DNA of 61,160 bases from the IMG/VR virus record IMGVR_UViG_3300044491_002233, positions 1 to 61,160 of that record; one strand, written 5' to 3'. Below, one piece after another: positions 8,721 to 18,667 of the stretch. This DNA comes from a virus. Lineage: Duplodnaviria; Caudoviricetes. Below the pieces are notes generated by a model. It saw only the letters and a program-made list of their open reading frames with translations. It was not told where the DNA came from and did no database searches. The position numbers were made by a program, and so were the translations under genes. Numbering within the stretch: the first letter of the stretch is position 1; each line of letters starts with the position of its first letter.

Positions 8721-9726
8721 ACATTTTCCTTTTTAAATCTATTTTCAATTTACTTGACTCTGTTGTTTTCAGTATCGATTGTATAGTAAACAATCTGCCA
8801 TATTTCGACACAGCATCTGCCACATCACCCACAGTTTTATCCCATTCGGGAAATGCCACGCTCCACCCAAATTCTGTTGCCTGGTCCACTAACTTCTGTC
8901 CGGGAGCATCTCTGTCCGGAACAACAATAACTTGTCGACCAAGTCCGCCTATCAATTCTTTTTGCGTGTCATTTATTTCTGAACCCAATATGCTAACACC
9001 AGACACGGCTATGGCATCGAACGGTCCTTCGGTTACTATTACAAATTTTCTCGTCCAATCTTGTGCATCCATATTAAAAACATATCCGGGCCAAACGTCT
9101 GTGTAGTATTTTACTCCTTGTGATTCCTCGAACATCCTGCCCGTGAATCCAACCACTTCACCTCTCCAATAGAATGGTATCAGTAGCCTTTGATAGATGT
9201 CCCAGGTCTTGTCAGGCGAGTACATGAAGTCATACCAGTCGGCGCCTATGCCCCTGCTTTCCAAGTATTTTAGTAGTCCGTCGATCTTCTTCCATTGTGG
9301 TTCTGTGAGGTCGTTGCCCACGTACTTCTCTAGCCACACATCTAGTTTGTGTGTGTTCTTAGGCAGTGTCTTGTTTTTGAATGTTATGAATTTCTTCTTC
9401 TCGTACTTGACATCTCCTTCTTCCTCACGCATGGCCTCTATGGCCAACTTACGTATGGTGTCCTCAGGTATGCCTATGTAACTCATGAACTGCCGCATCT
9501 TGTAGGTCAGTTTACGTCCTATCACATAACTGGCCTTGAATCCACAGTTGAAACAGTGATAACTGACGGTACCATCCGCACTGGTCATCAGTCCCCCACG
9601 TTTCTTCTTGTCTGCAGTCTCTCCGTTGTACACACAACAGGGTGCGTTGAAACTAATCCATCCGCTAGGGGTTTTCTTTCTGTTCGCAGGTAGACTTGTC
9701 AGGATAGTAGATCCAATTAGATTCAT
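8713..9726 (-). CDS. gp61: DNA primase (T4 gp61-like)
   Basis: Zn ribbon (PCC...HCFNCG), FTGR, TOPRIM VTEGPFDA and PDRD. Confidence 0.88.
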   Translation of the reverse strand: MNLIGSTILTSLPANRKKTPSGWISFNAPCCVYNGETADKKKRGGLMTSADGTVSYHCFNCGFKASYVIGRKLTYKMRQFMSYIGIPEDTIRKLAIEAMREEEGDVKYEKKKFITFKNKTLPKNTHKLDVWLEKYVGNDLTEPQWKKIDGLLKYLESRGIGADWYDFMYSPDKTWDIYQRLLIPFYWRGEVVGFTGRMFEESQGVKYYTDVWPGYVFNMDAQDWTRKFVIVTEGPFDAIAVSGVSILGSEINDTQKELIGGLGRQVIVVPDRDAPGQKLVDQATEFGWSVAFPEWDKTVGDVADAVSKYGRLFTIQSILKTTESSKLKIDLKRKMYG

Positions 9727-9733
9727 AAACTAT

Positions 9734-9762
9734 ATTTTACTGTCTATATAAGATTTTGTCAA
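9734..9762 (-). promoter_or_regulatory. Sigma70-type promoter for the primase operon
   Basis: TTGACA-17nt-TAAAAT, 7 nt before ATG. Confidence 0.7.
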
Positions 9763-10540
9763 TGAGTCCGGTATTACCTGCGTCGTTGCCCCAACTAAAT
9801 CTGATATTTCTGAATATACCAGTGAAGTTGAAATTAGAGACAGCAGTCGATCCCGAGAAAGTATTAGTCACAGAGTTTTCACCGTCCATGGTGATATCAA
9901 ACCAATCAGTAGATCCGGGAGTGGCGCTCATTGTTCCCTGCACTCTTAATGATCCTGAAAAGTTTTTTGTATAGATCGCAATAGTGTGTAATGCTTTGTT
10001 GTTGTTTATACCTGGCCTCCCGTCGACAGACCCGGATGTTTTTGCCAGCGGACCCTGTGTTGATGTGAAACTGGTTACTTCGGTACTTGCGACAAATTCT
10101 GGATAAGCACCATCTAGCAACTCTATCGTGCCAGCGGCCGCATATCCCGTGTCAGCATATGTTATTTCCCTGCTACCGTCGGACTTGACTTCACGTACTG
10201 CGAAATTGTAGAATTTGGCCTCTAGAGGCAATAGGTCACCTTCGGTGATTGTAGCACGAGCATCTCCCTTGGTGCTCACTGTGGATCCGTCGTCTAAAAT
10301 AGATAAGGTCTTGGTCAAAACCGCTTTTTTAGATTCTGTATCTATGATATTGAATTCGTAGGTCTTGGAAGTGATATCCTGTGCCTTCTGATCCTCGTTT
10401 TTAAACGTGAATGTTATAGGATTTGACACACCCCTGTGCAGTGTTAGGCGTCTATCGTACACTTTCGAATTCCTCCCGTGATACCCATTTATATAGGCTA
10501 TTACCAATTGATTTAGTAAATACCTTGAAACTGTTTGCAT
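9737..10540 (-). CDS. Hypothetical beta-rich protein, possibly virion (BppU-N/Ig-like)
   Basis: Beta-strand-rich ORF; TAAATA 6 nt before ATG (10547-10552) and a second TATAAATA at 10557-10564. Confidence 0.5.
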   Translation of the reverse strand: MQTVSRYLLNQLVIAYINGYHGRNSKVYDRRLTLHRGVSNPITFTFKNEDQKAQDITSKTYEFNIIDTESKKAVLTKTLSILDDGSTVSTKGDARATITEGDLLPLEAKFYNFAVREVKSDGSREITYADTGYAAAGTIELLDGAYPEFVASTEVTSFTSTQGPLAKTSGSVDGRPGINNNKALHTIAIYTKNFSGSLRVQGTMSATPGSTDWFDITMDGENSVTNTFSGSTAVSNFNFTGIFRNIRFSWGNDAGNTGLIDKILYRQ

Positions 10541-10572
10541 AATACATATTTAACAGTATTTATAGATATAGA

Positions 10573-10947
10573 ATGAACGAAATTTTTAAAACATTAAGGG
10601 ACAATTTTCCTTTCTTAAGCCTCATTAGAAAAGGTGAGCTAGAGTATATTGGTATAGTACAGAATGAAGACTCTAATGTTATCAGTTTCTATGACTATGG
10701 CAGGTTAATGATGCCACAGGACAAGATGAAATTTTTAAAATGTGGAGAAACCTGGTGGCACGAATCTAACAGGAAATTACCAATCAATATCTTCCTAAAA
10801 GGAGACTTCCGTTATTTTCGATCAACATTAGTAAGTTTGAATGTAAAAGATGTTGAGATAGTAGAAGGCCCGACAGTTAAACTTTCCGAAATATCAAAGA
10901 AACGTGTGAAGCGTAGGACTATCCAATTGGTCCGAAAACCAGTCTAG
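10573..10947 (+). CDS. Hypothetical phage protein
   Basis: 124-aa ORF filling the gap between minus-strand genes. Confidence 0.65.
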   Translation: MNEIFKTLRDNFPFLSLIRKGELEYIGIVQNEDSNVISFYDYGRLMMPQDKMKFLKCGETWWHESNRKLPINIFLKGDFRYFRSTLVSLNVKDVEIVEGPTVKLSEISKKRVKRRTIQLVRKPV

Positions 10948-11099
10948 TTCTTTTCAGTACAGTTTATTCCATTAACTCTTTCCACATACTTGGTCAACGG
11001 ATTGTTTGCCTGGTACGATCCGAGCTCGGAACGAGTTGGACTGCGATGTTTTTTACTAGGATGTTTGGGTGTCTTTTTTTTAGGTTTTTGATGTAGCAT
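10944..11099 (-). CDS. Small basic hypothetical protein (51 aa; not in ORF track)
   Basis: Hand translation MLHQKPKKKTPKHPSKKHRSPT...CTEKN*; fills the gap; stop overlaps the convergent stop in CTAG. Confidence 0.5.
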   Translation of the reverse strand: MLHQKPKKKTPKHPSKKHRSPTRSELGSYQANNPLTKYVERVNGINCTEKN

Positions 11100-11670
11100 C
11101 AAAACTATATTTAGCTCTCGTGATCAGATTCATCTGTACCACTATGGCCTGTGCATAGGCTATAGCGTGTGATTTCTTGAAGAAGTATGAGCCGTCTGTG
11201 GGCTTTGTCCATACCTCCCGCATTATGTCCTGCCAGTCCTTGTACATCAACTGTCTTTTAGCGGGACGTATTATGGCCAACACAGCGGCCAGTTGCTCGA
11301 CGTTCCTTGGCTCCAGTTTAGACACTATGTTGAAGTGTCCGTTGAGGTGGAACAGGTTCTCTACGGTCTTTGGATCCTTCAGCATGTCCCAATCCGGTTC
11401 CTGTATCATAAGTTCCACTAGTTCCTGTTCTGACTTCACTTCCTTGTATATGTTTACATTCAACATGTCTATCTTAAAATATCCCCTGTCTTCGGCTTTC
11501 TTGTAGTCCAGCGATGAATTTCCTGTCACAGGATGTTCGGGAACAGCATGGAAGTAGACTCCTGTTTTATGTTTTTCTACTTTGCCATCTTTGATCATTG
11601 AAGCAGGTGTGTGCTTGAAAAGTTTTAGTGTGTTGTCTCTATCAAAGAAGTCTATGTCTACGTCAGGCAT
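11080..11670 (-). CDS. dnaE: Miniature DNA polymerase III alpha (family C) homologue
   Basis: PDVDIDF, KHKTGV, FKIDMLNV, LAIIRP and YFFKKSHAIAY occur in DnaE order within 196 aa. Confidence 0.8.
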   Translation of the reverse strand: MPDVDIDFFDRDNTLKLFKHTPASMIKDGKVEKHKTGVYFHAVPEHPVTGNSSLDYKKAEDRGYFKIDMLNVNIYKEVKSEQELVELMIQEPDWDMLKDPKTVENLFHLNGHFNIVSKLEPRNVEQLAAVLAIIRPAKRQLMYKDWQDIMREVWTKPTDGSYFFKKSHAIAYAQAIVVQMNLITRAKYSFDATSKT

Positions 11671-11903
11671 TAGTGCATACTCCCTTTACCCTTTTCGGCG
11701 TGTTGTATCATCTTGTCACGTGAGCCCGGTTGTAGCACTTCCAAAATATCTAACAGTTTTCTGTATCCTTCGGAATCAAGAACATTCCTGTTTATGTCTG
11801 GCATAATTACCCTTCCTATTGATCCGTCTTCTTTGATAACAACAGCACAATCACCATCATCGAAATCCAAATTATCTGCTATCTCTAGATCAATCTTAGA
11901 CAA
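11670..11903 (-). CDS. Hypothetical protein
   Basis: Overlaps both neighbours (TAATG with the mini-DnaE gene). Confidence 0.65.
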   Translation of the reverse strand: MSKIDLEIADNLDFDDGDCAVVIKEDGSIGRVIMPDINRNVLDSEGYRKLLDILEVLQPGSRDKMIQHAEKGKGSMH

Positions 11904-12579
11904 TCTTGGCCTCTCTTGCTGTGTCTTGTACCAACATGTGATCGGCCGGGTAGCTCTTCAACTTGCTAGGCCAGAAACTTGTGTTTATGAATCTTTCTAT
12001 CATTTGTAATTGTTCGTCGTTGAATGATTTTAACATCCTTTTGCCTGCACTGCAACCTAACAGCAACCATGGACTTATCTTGCCTTGTTGTATGTGTTGC
12101 ACCGCTCTGTTCTTGTTCACAAGTCTGAAGTAGTCGGGCCATTGTGCGTTCTGTTCCGTCGCCCAGTCCATCATTGTGGCTATGCTTCTCTGTAGTGCCG
12201 CCTCCACTGGTTCTGATTTCAGTGCTTCTATAAGATAGGTTTCGTACAAATCATCTCTAGACCAATGATCTAATTTAATCTTAGACCGGAGCACAAACTC
12301 TATATATTTCTCCGGATACAATGGGTTAATATGCATAATGAACCGACCAAACTTCACAAAGGCATTGTAGTATGGACTCTTAACAAAATCGTCGTATGTT
12401 TTTGTCTTTGAGTTGTGTTGGTGTATCTGATAGAATCTTTGGAATACCATGAATGCATTCACTACCCATTTCTCATCACGTTGTAGATATCTCCTCTTGG
12501 GTTCACACAAGTGAACTTGCAGTGTACGTTCCTTGGCAAATTCTTTGCTACAATATGTGCATTTATTTGTCGATGCCAT
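11896..12579 (-). CDS. Hypothetical protein with N-terminal Zn finger
   Basis: CTYC..F...TL..HLC motif; lies in the replication operon. Confidence 0.65.
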   Translation of the reverse strand: MASTNKCTYCSKEFAKERTLQVHLCEPKRRYLQRDEKWVVNAFMVFQRFYQIHQHNSKTKTYDDFVKSPYYNAFVKFGRFIMHINPLYPEKYIEFVLRSKIKLDHWSRDDLYETYLIEALKSEPVEAALQRSIATMMDWATEQNAQWPDYFRLVNKNRAVQHIQQGKISPWLLLGCSAGKRMLKSFNDEQLQMIERFINTSFWPSKLKSYPADHMLVQDTAREAKIV

Positions 12580-13018
12580 GTGCCTCTATCAGTTCTTCTA
12601 GTTCTCTGTCAGTTATCACTTTGTCTAGTGTCTCTAGGTCTGCTTCCTTCCATGTTGGGTATATGGTCTGTAGTTTTTTTAGGCTCTTGTTAGGCACACG
12701 CTTCATGGGTTTTAACCATGGATGGAACTGCTGTGTCTCTGCACCACACATGGCGGTCAGTATCCATAACAGTTTCTTGTGTTTGCCCAGTGTGAAGCAG
12801 TGTTTGTTCACACACTCATTGACCATCTCAATGTAGTGCTCCACGTAGAATGGATCCTTAGATGACACATTAGAAACATATCTCATCAGCATGTAGGGAG
12901 AATACAACGACTTCTCCTTGTCGTCGATTCTATCAAAATAGTCCTTATTTCTGAAGTCTACAGCCTTAAGTCCGTTTCTCAGATCAAAGAATTTCTTATT
13001 ACTTTTTTCTACTGGCAT
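12563..13018 (-). CDS. Probable clamp-loader small subunit (gp62-like)
   Basis: YSPYMLMRYVS...VNE and FHPWLK resemble gp62; size and context fit. Confidence 0.55.
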   Translation of the reverse strand: MPVEKSNKKFFDLRNGLKAVDFRNKDYFDRIDDKEKSLYSPYMLMRYVSNVSSKDPFYVEHYIEMVNECVNKHCFTLGKHKKLLWILTAMCGAETQQFHPWLKPMKRVPNKSLKKLQTIYPTWKEADLETLDKVITDRELEELIEAHGIDK

Positions 13019-13232
13019 ATTTCAATCCAAACATAGTGCATTCTTTTGCATCTACGAATGTTAATTTTATTTTCTTTTGCAAGTGATTCATAGCCGAAAT
13101 CTTGAATTTATTTTTCCCTAACCAATCAAAGAACTCTATCATCCAATTCTCGTCCATCCACACCGCGATCTTGTTGCTGGTAATCAATACAGGTGCGTCT
13201 ATGATTATAGTTCGTCTACCAGACTGAGCCAT
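12999..13232 (-). CDS. Hypothetical protein
   Basis: Overlaps both neighbours in the operon. Confidence 0.6.
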   Translation of the reverse strand: MAQSGRRTIIIDAPVLITSNKIAVWMDENWMIEFFDWLGKNKFKISAMNHLQKKIKLTFVDAKECTMFGLKYASRKK

Positions 13233-13719
13233 AGTCCACTTGCTCGCACTGCCTTGATATGTCCTTTACGAAATAGGCACACACGGGTCTACGTCCGTCG
13301 GTCAGTGGCACAGCCAACATCTGACCGGATTTGATCTTTGGGAAGTACCATTTCACTTCTGTGTAGATGTCTACCACGTCTATTGGATGGAAGTCGGGTT
13401 TAGGACTAGACAACGGATTGAATGTGAAAGCATCAAACCCCCTGTCGTTAAGACTCGTGATTGGTAACACGTGCATCTCAGACTGTCCTGCCTCACCTAT
13501 CAGCATCTTCCAATCTAGTGGCATCTTAATCCTGTGTTCTCCTATCTGTAGCACCGCCGCCGGTGCGTTGAAGCTCTCTAGGAATATCAATGGTATGTAG
13601 AAGAAATCTGGTTCAGCAGGATCTGAATTATCTAGTACTGCGAATCTTAGATTTTCATCTACCCATTCGGGTATCTTTTCTAGTTTATATGTTCTGTTAT
13701 CAAGTGTAAGGATTTTCAT
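13216..13719 (-). CDS. Hypothetical beta-rich phage protein
   Basis: 167-aa ORF coupled to uvsW. Confidence 0.65.
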   Translation of the reverse strand: MKILTLDNRTYKLEKIPEWVDENLRFAVLDNSDPAEPDFFYIPLIFLESFNAPAAVLQIGEHRIKMPLDWKMLIGEAGQSEMHVLPITSLNDRGFDAFTFNPLSSPKPDFHPIDVVDIYTEVKWYFPKIKSGQMLAVPLTDGRRPVCAYFVKDISRQCEQVDYGSVW

Positions 13720-15163
13720 AATTTATCTTTTCTATAGTATACGGGTAATTGGCCTCTTTGTAAAACTTTTTCCTTGCCCCCAAATGTCTTTTTGCAAACT
13801 TGCAACTGCTAGTAATGTCCCAGATCTGTACGCTGTCCTTGTCTTCCGCTTTCCTGATGCCACGACCTATGCTCTGTATGACCCTCACAAATGACTTCCC
13901 TGGCTCTATGAGAACAAGATTAAAAATCCTAGGAATATTAATACCAACAGCGGCCACTCCATATGTGGCGATAATAACTTTATTTGTTGCAGTAGATATT
14001 TCATCATATTGTTCTTTCCTGTCTGTGTTTTTTGTTGATCCGGACACGAATACAGCATCCTCGATTTGTTCTTCTAAAATCTCACCTGCAGATATCCTGT
14101 CTACAAGTATTAGTGTATTGCCCGAACCTGATATGTCTTTGATTGTGTTGGCCACCCACTTCATTCTGGTCTTGTCTGTGGTTAACCATTTTAGTTCCTC
14201 GCTATAGGTTTTGAACTGAGGATGATCTTGTGTCTGTAACACATTGACATGGCAATTAGCCAATACTCCTTTGTCTTGCAGTTCACTGGCTTGTATCCTG
14301 TTGGACACATCACCTATGCTACATTTTAGTCCCATAAATTCATAGTCTGCCTTTGGCACTGTTCCGGTCAAACCCCAACGTATGCCACAATGTGCGAATG
14401 GACCGGTCAACAATCTTTTCAACACATCTGCTTTGGCCATGTGCACCTCATCTATTATCACTGTGTTGATTCCTTGTATGGCTTCAAGAAAATCTGTGCT
14501 GTGTTCGTCTTTGCTTTTTTTTTCTAGCACGTTCAGTGACTGCCATGTTGCTATAGTGTTGAACCTGCCCAGTTCTTTTCTGTCTCCATAGTAAACGCCC
14601 ACGTCTAAGTTACAAGCCAGGAAGTCCTCCTCTGTCTGTGTCACGAGGCTCTTGTTGGGAACAATGGTCAGCGTTCTCCCATAAGGTTCGACTAATTGGC
14701 ATAGTGCCGCTGTGATTATGGTCTTACCCGCTCCTGTGGCTATCTCTTGTATGCTCTGTGGATGTTCTATAAACTTGTTTATTGTTTCCACTTGATAGTC
14801 TCTCAATTCAATTGGCTTTCCTGCCGCTGGATGGTTGTCCGGCCATTTTATATGTGACAGGTAATTTTTGTCTATTGCTTTGAATTCAAAATTGTGTTGT
14901 TTTCTTTTGTCTTCTACATCGATGTAAACTCCGCCTTCGTCTAATATGGGAAGTATCTGGTCCACTAGGTTTAGGTATGTGGTACCACCGAGCCCAAAGA
15001 AACTGACCTTACCGTCCCACCTGCCTAACTTGACTGCCGGAAGATGTCTAGCATATGGTATCTCGTATTTGAATTTGTTTGATAATCTCTTACGCCATTC
15101 GAGGCTCAGGTTCTCGAACTTCACATTCACTTCATCTTTTATTACTAATTTACAACTGCTCAT
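13700..15163 (-). CDS. uvsW: UvsW-like SF2 DNA helicase
   Basis: LRDYQ, ATGAGKT, DEVH, GLTGT, QSIGRGIR. Confidence 0.92.
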   Translation of the reverse strand: MSSCKLVIKDEVNVKFENLSLEWRKRLSNKFKYEIPYARHLPAVKLGRWDGKVSFFGLGGTTYLNLVDQILPILDEGGVYIDVEDKRKQHNFEFKAIDKNYLSHIKWPDNHPAAGKPIELRDYQVETINKFIEHPQSIQEIATGAGKTIITAALCQLVEPYGRTLTIVPNKSLVTQTEEDFLACNLDVGVYYGDRKELGRFNTIATWQSLNVLEKKSKDEHSTDFLEAIQGINTVIIDEVHMAKADVLKRLLTGPFAHCGIRWGLTGTVPKADYEFMGLKCSIGDVSNRIQASELQDKGVLANCHVNVLQTQDHPQFKTYSEELKWLTTDKTRMKWVANTIKDISGSGNTLILVDRISAGEILEEQIEDAVFVSGSTKNTDRKEQYDEISTATNKVIIATYGVAAVGINIPRIFNLVLIEPGKSFVRVIQSIGRGIRKAEDKDSVQIWDITSSCKFAKRHLGARKKFYKEANYPYTIEKINYENPYT

Positions 15164-15165
15164 AT

Positions 15166-16512
15166 TTAAAGTTTTACTATAACGTGATCATGCCAATCCC
15201 AACTACTCGGTTGGTGATCACTATAATACAACTTTTTTGGAAGATTTTCAAGCATTCTTTTTAGGTTGTCTGTACCCGTAGCGTAGTAACCACCGCCTAT
15301 TCCAACCAGTGATGCTTTTGGTTTTACTTTGCTCTTGATCAACGCCCTTGGTATTCTGTTCCTGACGAAGATGATCTTTGTTTGTTGGTTGATCAATTTG
15401 AACTGTTTACTCATTTGATGCAACTCGTATAGGTTCTCAAAGAACTCTTCTGATTTTTGATTGTCTAACAGATAGGTCCTTTCGCTGTTGAAACGTTCGA
15501 GGTCCTTCTTGTAGATGGGTTCTTTCACATCAAATCCCCAACTACATTCATTCAATATGTCAACACCGTGTGCCTTGAATGCGTTCATCCATCCCCAGAA
15601 ATCTTTGACGTCATCTTCCATGTGTATGTCACCACTCACAGGCATGATCAACGGAAAGCAGTTCAGCTCTATCAATCCTTTGACAACTTCCTTCTTGCTG
15701 AATCCTTTTGAATCAATCCATAACTTGTGGTAATTGTTGTGTGCTATCTTGTGACCTATCATGGTCTCGGCTGGTACATCTATTCCATTAGTTGATATGT
15801 CAAAGTTCTTCAACGAGTCCACTTGTGTCAACGCTGGTTTATCTTTGAGATTTTCATTCCAGAATTCCTGTAGAGATTCTGGTGCGTTGTCCAACACAAC
15901 CTCTCCAGCGACCAATCGTGCTGTGGGTTTACGATGTCCAATAACTTGTTTTTTGATCTCCTCGTAGTCGTTGAGTAGACTGTCGTCCGTGAATTTGAAA
16001 TCATATCTTACAGCGATCAAGGTCAGATAGTAGGCAGTGACATCGCTGTGTTGGAAGGTCCACTTCTTCTTCTCGCCATCGTACAACGCATACATTCCAG
16101 GCAGGTCACGTTTGTCTTTCATGCAACGTATCAGTTGTATCACTTTCTTGTGATATGGGAATCTCATCTCTATCCTGTCAATGTTGTCATCGTCTGTGTA
16201 CTTCTCTATGACCTTATCAAAACTGATAACACGGAAGTCGTCATCATACACTGGTTTATCGAGTAACTTTTTGATGTCCATGCCGTGTGCTTGGAATTTG
16301 GTCAGGTATCTTTTTAGAATCACTAGTGCTAGTCTGGCCTGTTTCTCTGTCCATGCATACTGTGATTCCGCCAGTGATCTCACAGTTTCGTAATCTTTGG
16401 GGTGTGGTTTGATCTGGGTCTTCTGCGTCGATAGGGGATCTGACCAAAAATAATCGTTATATGCTAGTATTTTGAGTGCTTCGTTAATTGTTTTTGGCAA
16501 ATCTGTGTGCAT
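15166..16512 (-). CDS. Hypothetical protein with possible HARP-like domain
   Basis: MRFPYHKKVIQLIR...YDGEKKKWTF resembles the HARP pattern; directly upstream of uvsW. Confidence 0.5.
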   Translation of the reverse strand: MHTDLPKTINEALKILAYNDYFWSDPLSTQKTQIKPHPKDYETVRSLAESQYAWTEKQARLALVILKRYLTKFQAHGMDIKKLLDKPVYDDDFRVISFDKVIEKYTDDDNIDRIEMRFPYHKKVIQLIRCMKDKRDLPGMYALYDGEKKKWTFQHSDVTAYYLTLIAVRYDFKFTDDSLLNDYEEIKKQVIGHRKPTARLVAGEVVLDNAPESLQEFWNENLKDKPALTQVDSLKNFDISTNGIDVPAETMIGHKIAHNNYHKLWIDSKGFSKKEVVKGLIELNCFPLIMPVSGDIHMEDDVKDFWGWMNAFKAHGVDILNECSWGFDVKEPIYKKDLERFNSERTYLLDNQKSEEFFENLYELHQMSKQFKLINQQTKIIFVRNRIPRALIKSKVKPKASLVGIGGGYYATGTDNLKRMLENLPKKLYYSDHQPSSWDWHDHVIVKL

Positions 16513-16546
16513 TTTTAAACCTGGTAATATTGATAATTATTAGTAT

Positions 16547-16574
16547 ATTATAGCATACTTGGTAATATAGTCAA
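16547..16574 (-). promoter_or_regulatory. Sigma70-type promoter (extended -10)
   Basis: TTGACT-16nt-TATAAT with TGn before the -10. Confidence 0.7.
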
Positions 16575-16577
16575 CCT

Positions 16578-17060
16578 ATGAAAAAGACCAGTAAGAAGAC
16601 TGTCACAGTCCGGAAACAATTGAAGATCAGGTTGGAAAATACTCTGACTATGCGTAAGAACACCAGGAACTTCAAACCCACACATTCTTTAGCGGTAACC
16701 TGGTTCAAGCATCTCAACAAGGGTTTGTTTGGTAATAAGTTGCCTGCAGTACCATTGTACTTGGTAAGGATGACCAATGACTGGGGCAGGTGTTGGGCTA
16801 ATTGGGACAACAGGAAATGTAGGAAGGGCACATATGATCAGAGTGTGATACCCTATGACAAGACCGACGTCACATTCGCGATAGAGATACACACCAAGTA
16901 TCCAACGTTCCGGGACTTCATAGAAACACTGGCACACGAGATGGTGCATTTATACCAGATGACCGTTATCAAAGATCCTTACAGCAATCACAACGCAAAC
17001 TTCTATGCGTTCAAGAACAAATTCAAAAGTGCTGGATTGACCTTATCAAGAACCGGCTAA
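16578..17060 (+). CDS. SprT-like zinc metalloprotease
   Basis: TLAHEMVHLYQ plus downstream H...F; FGNKLP. Confidence 0.8.
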   Translation: MKKTSKKTVTVRKQLKIRLENTLTMRKNTRNFKPTHSLAVTWFKHLNKGLFGNKLPAVPLYLVRMTNDWGRCWANWDNRKCRKGTYDQSVIPYDKTDVTFAIEIHTKYPTFRDFIETLAHEMVHLYQMTVIKDPYSNHNANFYAFKNKFKSAGLTLSRTG

Positions 17061-17798
17061 CACAGTATCCTCAAACTCTTTGTAACTCATGATTCGACTG
17101 TTACCCAGGTCCGTGCCTGTCTGTAGGTTGTGCAGGAAATCAGGGGGGTTGTCATGCACTACGGTGTAGTTCACATAAGGTCTCATCTTCAGCATCTTCC
17201 TGAATGTTGATAGCCATCCTTCGAATATGTCGTTGCCGCCTCTCTCGCCGTAGCAATCCGTGCCTTGGTAGATGTTGTTCAGTTCGCCCTTACCATACTC
17301 TCGGAAGTCGTAACCTATCAGGTAGATGTTCCGATGTCCGTGTATTCCGGCCGTCCAGAAAGCGGCGTTACCTGATATCCAGTGTGGGTTGTTGGGTATG
17401 AGATGCATCATACCTTTGTTCTGTTTCCTATTGACTTCCAGTGCTGGCCCATAGTGTATGGTCTTCAGTCCCACTTCGTCTTCGCACATTTTTACGCTGA
17501 TTTTAGTGTCAACGGAAAATATGAAGTCAGGCAGGAAGTCTCTGTACAGTGCATTACAGCCGTATGTCTGTCCGGTCGCTTTAAGTTTGTTCAGATCAAA
17601 TCCCTGTCGTGAAGGACCGTTACCTATGCAGTAAGCATTGCCGCGTGGTACTGCTTTGACTTTGTCTTCGTAGAATGCGGTCTCTTGTATTTTCTTGCCT
17701 TGCCTTATCACGGTATTGACCACAATGGTCTCGCCCATATAGGGTGTCCATTCTATAGGTTCTATGATGTTGCGTTTCCCTATGTTAATTTTTTGCAT
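17046..17798 (-). CDS. Maf/MptE-like (sialyltransferase-like fold) putative sugar transferase
   Basis: CIGNGPSR, YGCNALYRDF.PD, SGNAA, IYLIGYD; start moved to the TAATG overlap at 17798. Confidence 0.6.
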   Translation of the reverse strand: MQKINIGKRNIIEPIEWTPYMGETIVVNTVIRQGKKIQETAFYEDKVKAVPRGNAYCIGNGPSRQGFDLNKLKATGQTYGCNALYRDFLPDFIFSVDTKISVKMCEDEVGLKTIHYGPALEVNRKQNKGMMHLIPNNPHWISGNAAFWTAGIHGHRNIYLIGYDFREYGKGELNNIYQGTDCYGERGGNDIFEGWLSTFRKMLKMRPYVNYTVVHDNPPDFLHNLQTGTDLGNSRIMSYKEFEDTVLAGS

Positions 17799-18667
17799 TA
17801 TATGTATTGCTCCTCTAATCTTTTTTTGATCCTTGCCCATGGCAAGCCCTGTTCTATCTCATCCTCGAACCATTCGGTGTAAGATAACTTATTTGCCCAG
17901 TTCGACCTATTAGGCATGGCCGGTGTGTTGATGTCAGATAGACTTATGTTACCCACATCATGGCAAAGGCTAGATTCTGAAACGAAAACCGGTATGCCTT
18001 TGATCACTGCCTCCATAGCAGGATTACTGGAATGATTTACCACAGCCCACGTTCTTTCCAATGTTGCCTTGAAATCCGTGTCATCATAGGTTCTAAAATC
18101 TCGTTTGGGCATTCTTACTTTAACATTCTTGAATTTGTTTTCATCAAAACTTATAATGTTACGAGGATGCGGTCTAACCAATATTGGTCTGGTTGTGTAC
18201 TTTCTGATTTCTATAATCTGTTGTTCAATCCAATTAGACATCTTTGGCAATCCCTTCCACTGCTCTGATGAGTCATGCTGTCCACATATAACTATGAGCT
18301 CTCCTGTTGGATTCCATGGGCGTAACTCATGGCCGAACAAGGACCAGCGTTGGTCGTCAAACTCTTGATTAGCGAAGTCGGCATCTCTGTTGATACCGTT
18401 TATCCCTATTTTGAAACTGAGATTCCTACGCAATCCACCAACCTCTATAACGATAACGGGTTTGCCTTGACTCCGATATCTGTTCCATATGTTCTTGTAG
18501 CTCTGCATACGTCCTTGCCACAACACGCTCCATATCACTGCGACATCACCGTTAGTTTCTTTATTGACATGTACTTCGTCACCCTCGACCTTTATTGAAT
18601 CGATAAATTTCTTAAAGATGTTTTTGCTGTTAAGGGGACCATGCATGGGCCATGCTTCTATTCTCAT
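17798..18667 (-). CDS. KpsS/KpsC-like capsule biosynthesis glycosyltransferase, paralogue 1
   Basis: GQ..SS, VRPHP, VVNHSSNPAMEAVIKGIPVF. Confidence 0.65.
   Translation of the reverse strand: MRIEAWPMHGPLNSKNIFKKFIDSIKVEGDEVHVNKETNGDVAVIWSVLWQGRMQSYKNIWNRYRSQGKPVIVIEVGGLRRNLSFKIGINGINRDADFANQEFDDQRWSLFGHELRPWNPTGELIVICGQHDSSEQWKGLPKMSNWIEQQIIEIRKYTTRPILVRPHPRNIISFDENKFKNVKVRMPKRDFRTYDDTDFKATLERTWAVVNHSSNPAMEAVIKGIPVFVSESSLCHDVGNISLSDINTPAMPNRSNWANKLSYTEWFEDEIEQGLPWARIKKRLEEQYI

Noticed and set aside
13216-13719. Possible Hint/intein-like domain
   Set aside because: Only a vague resemblance; no N-terminal Cys/Ser, TxxH or terminal HN
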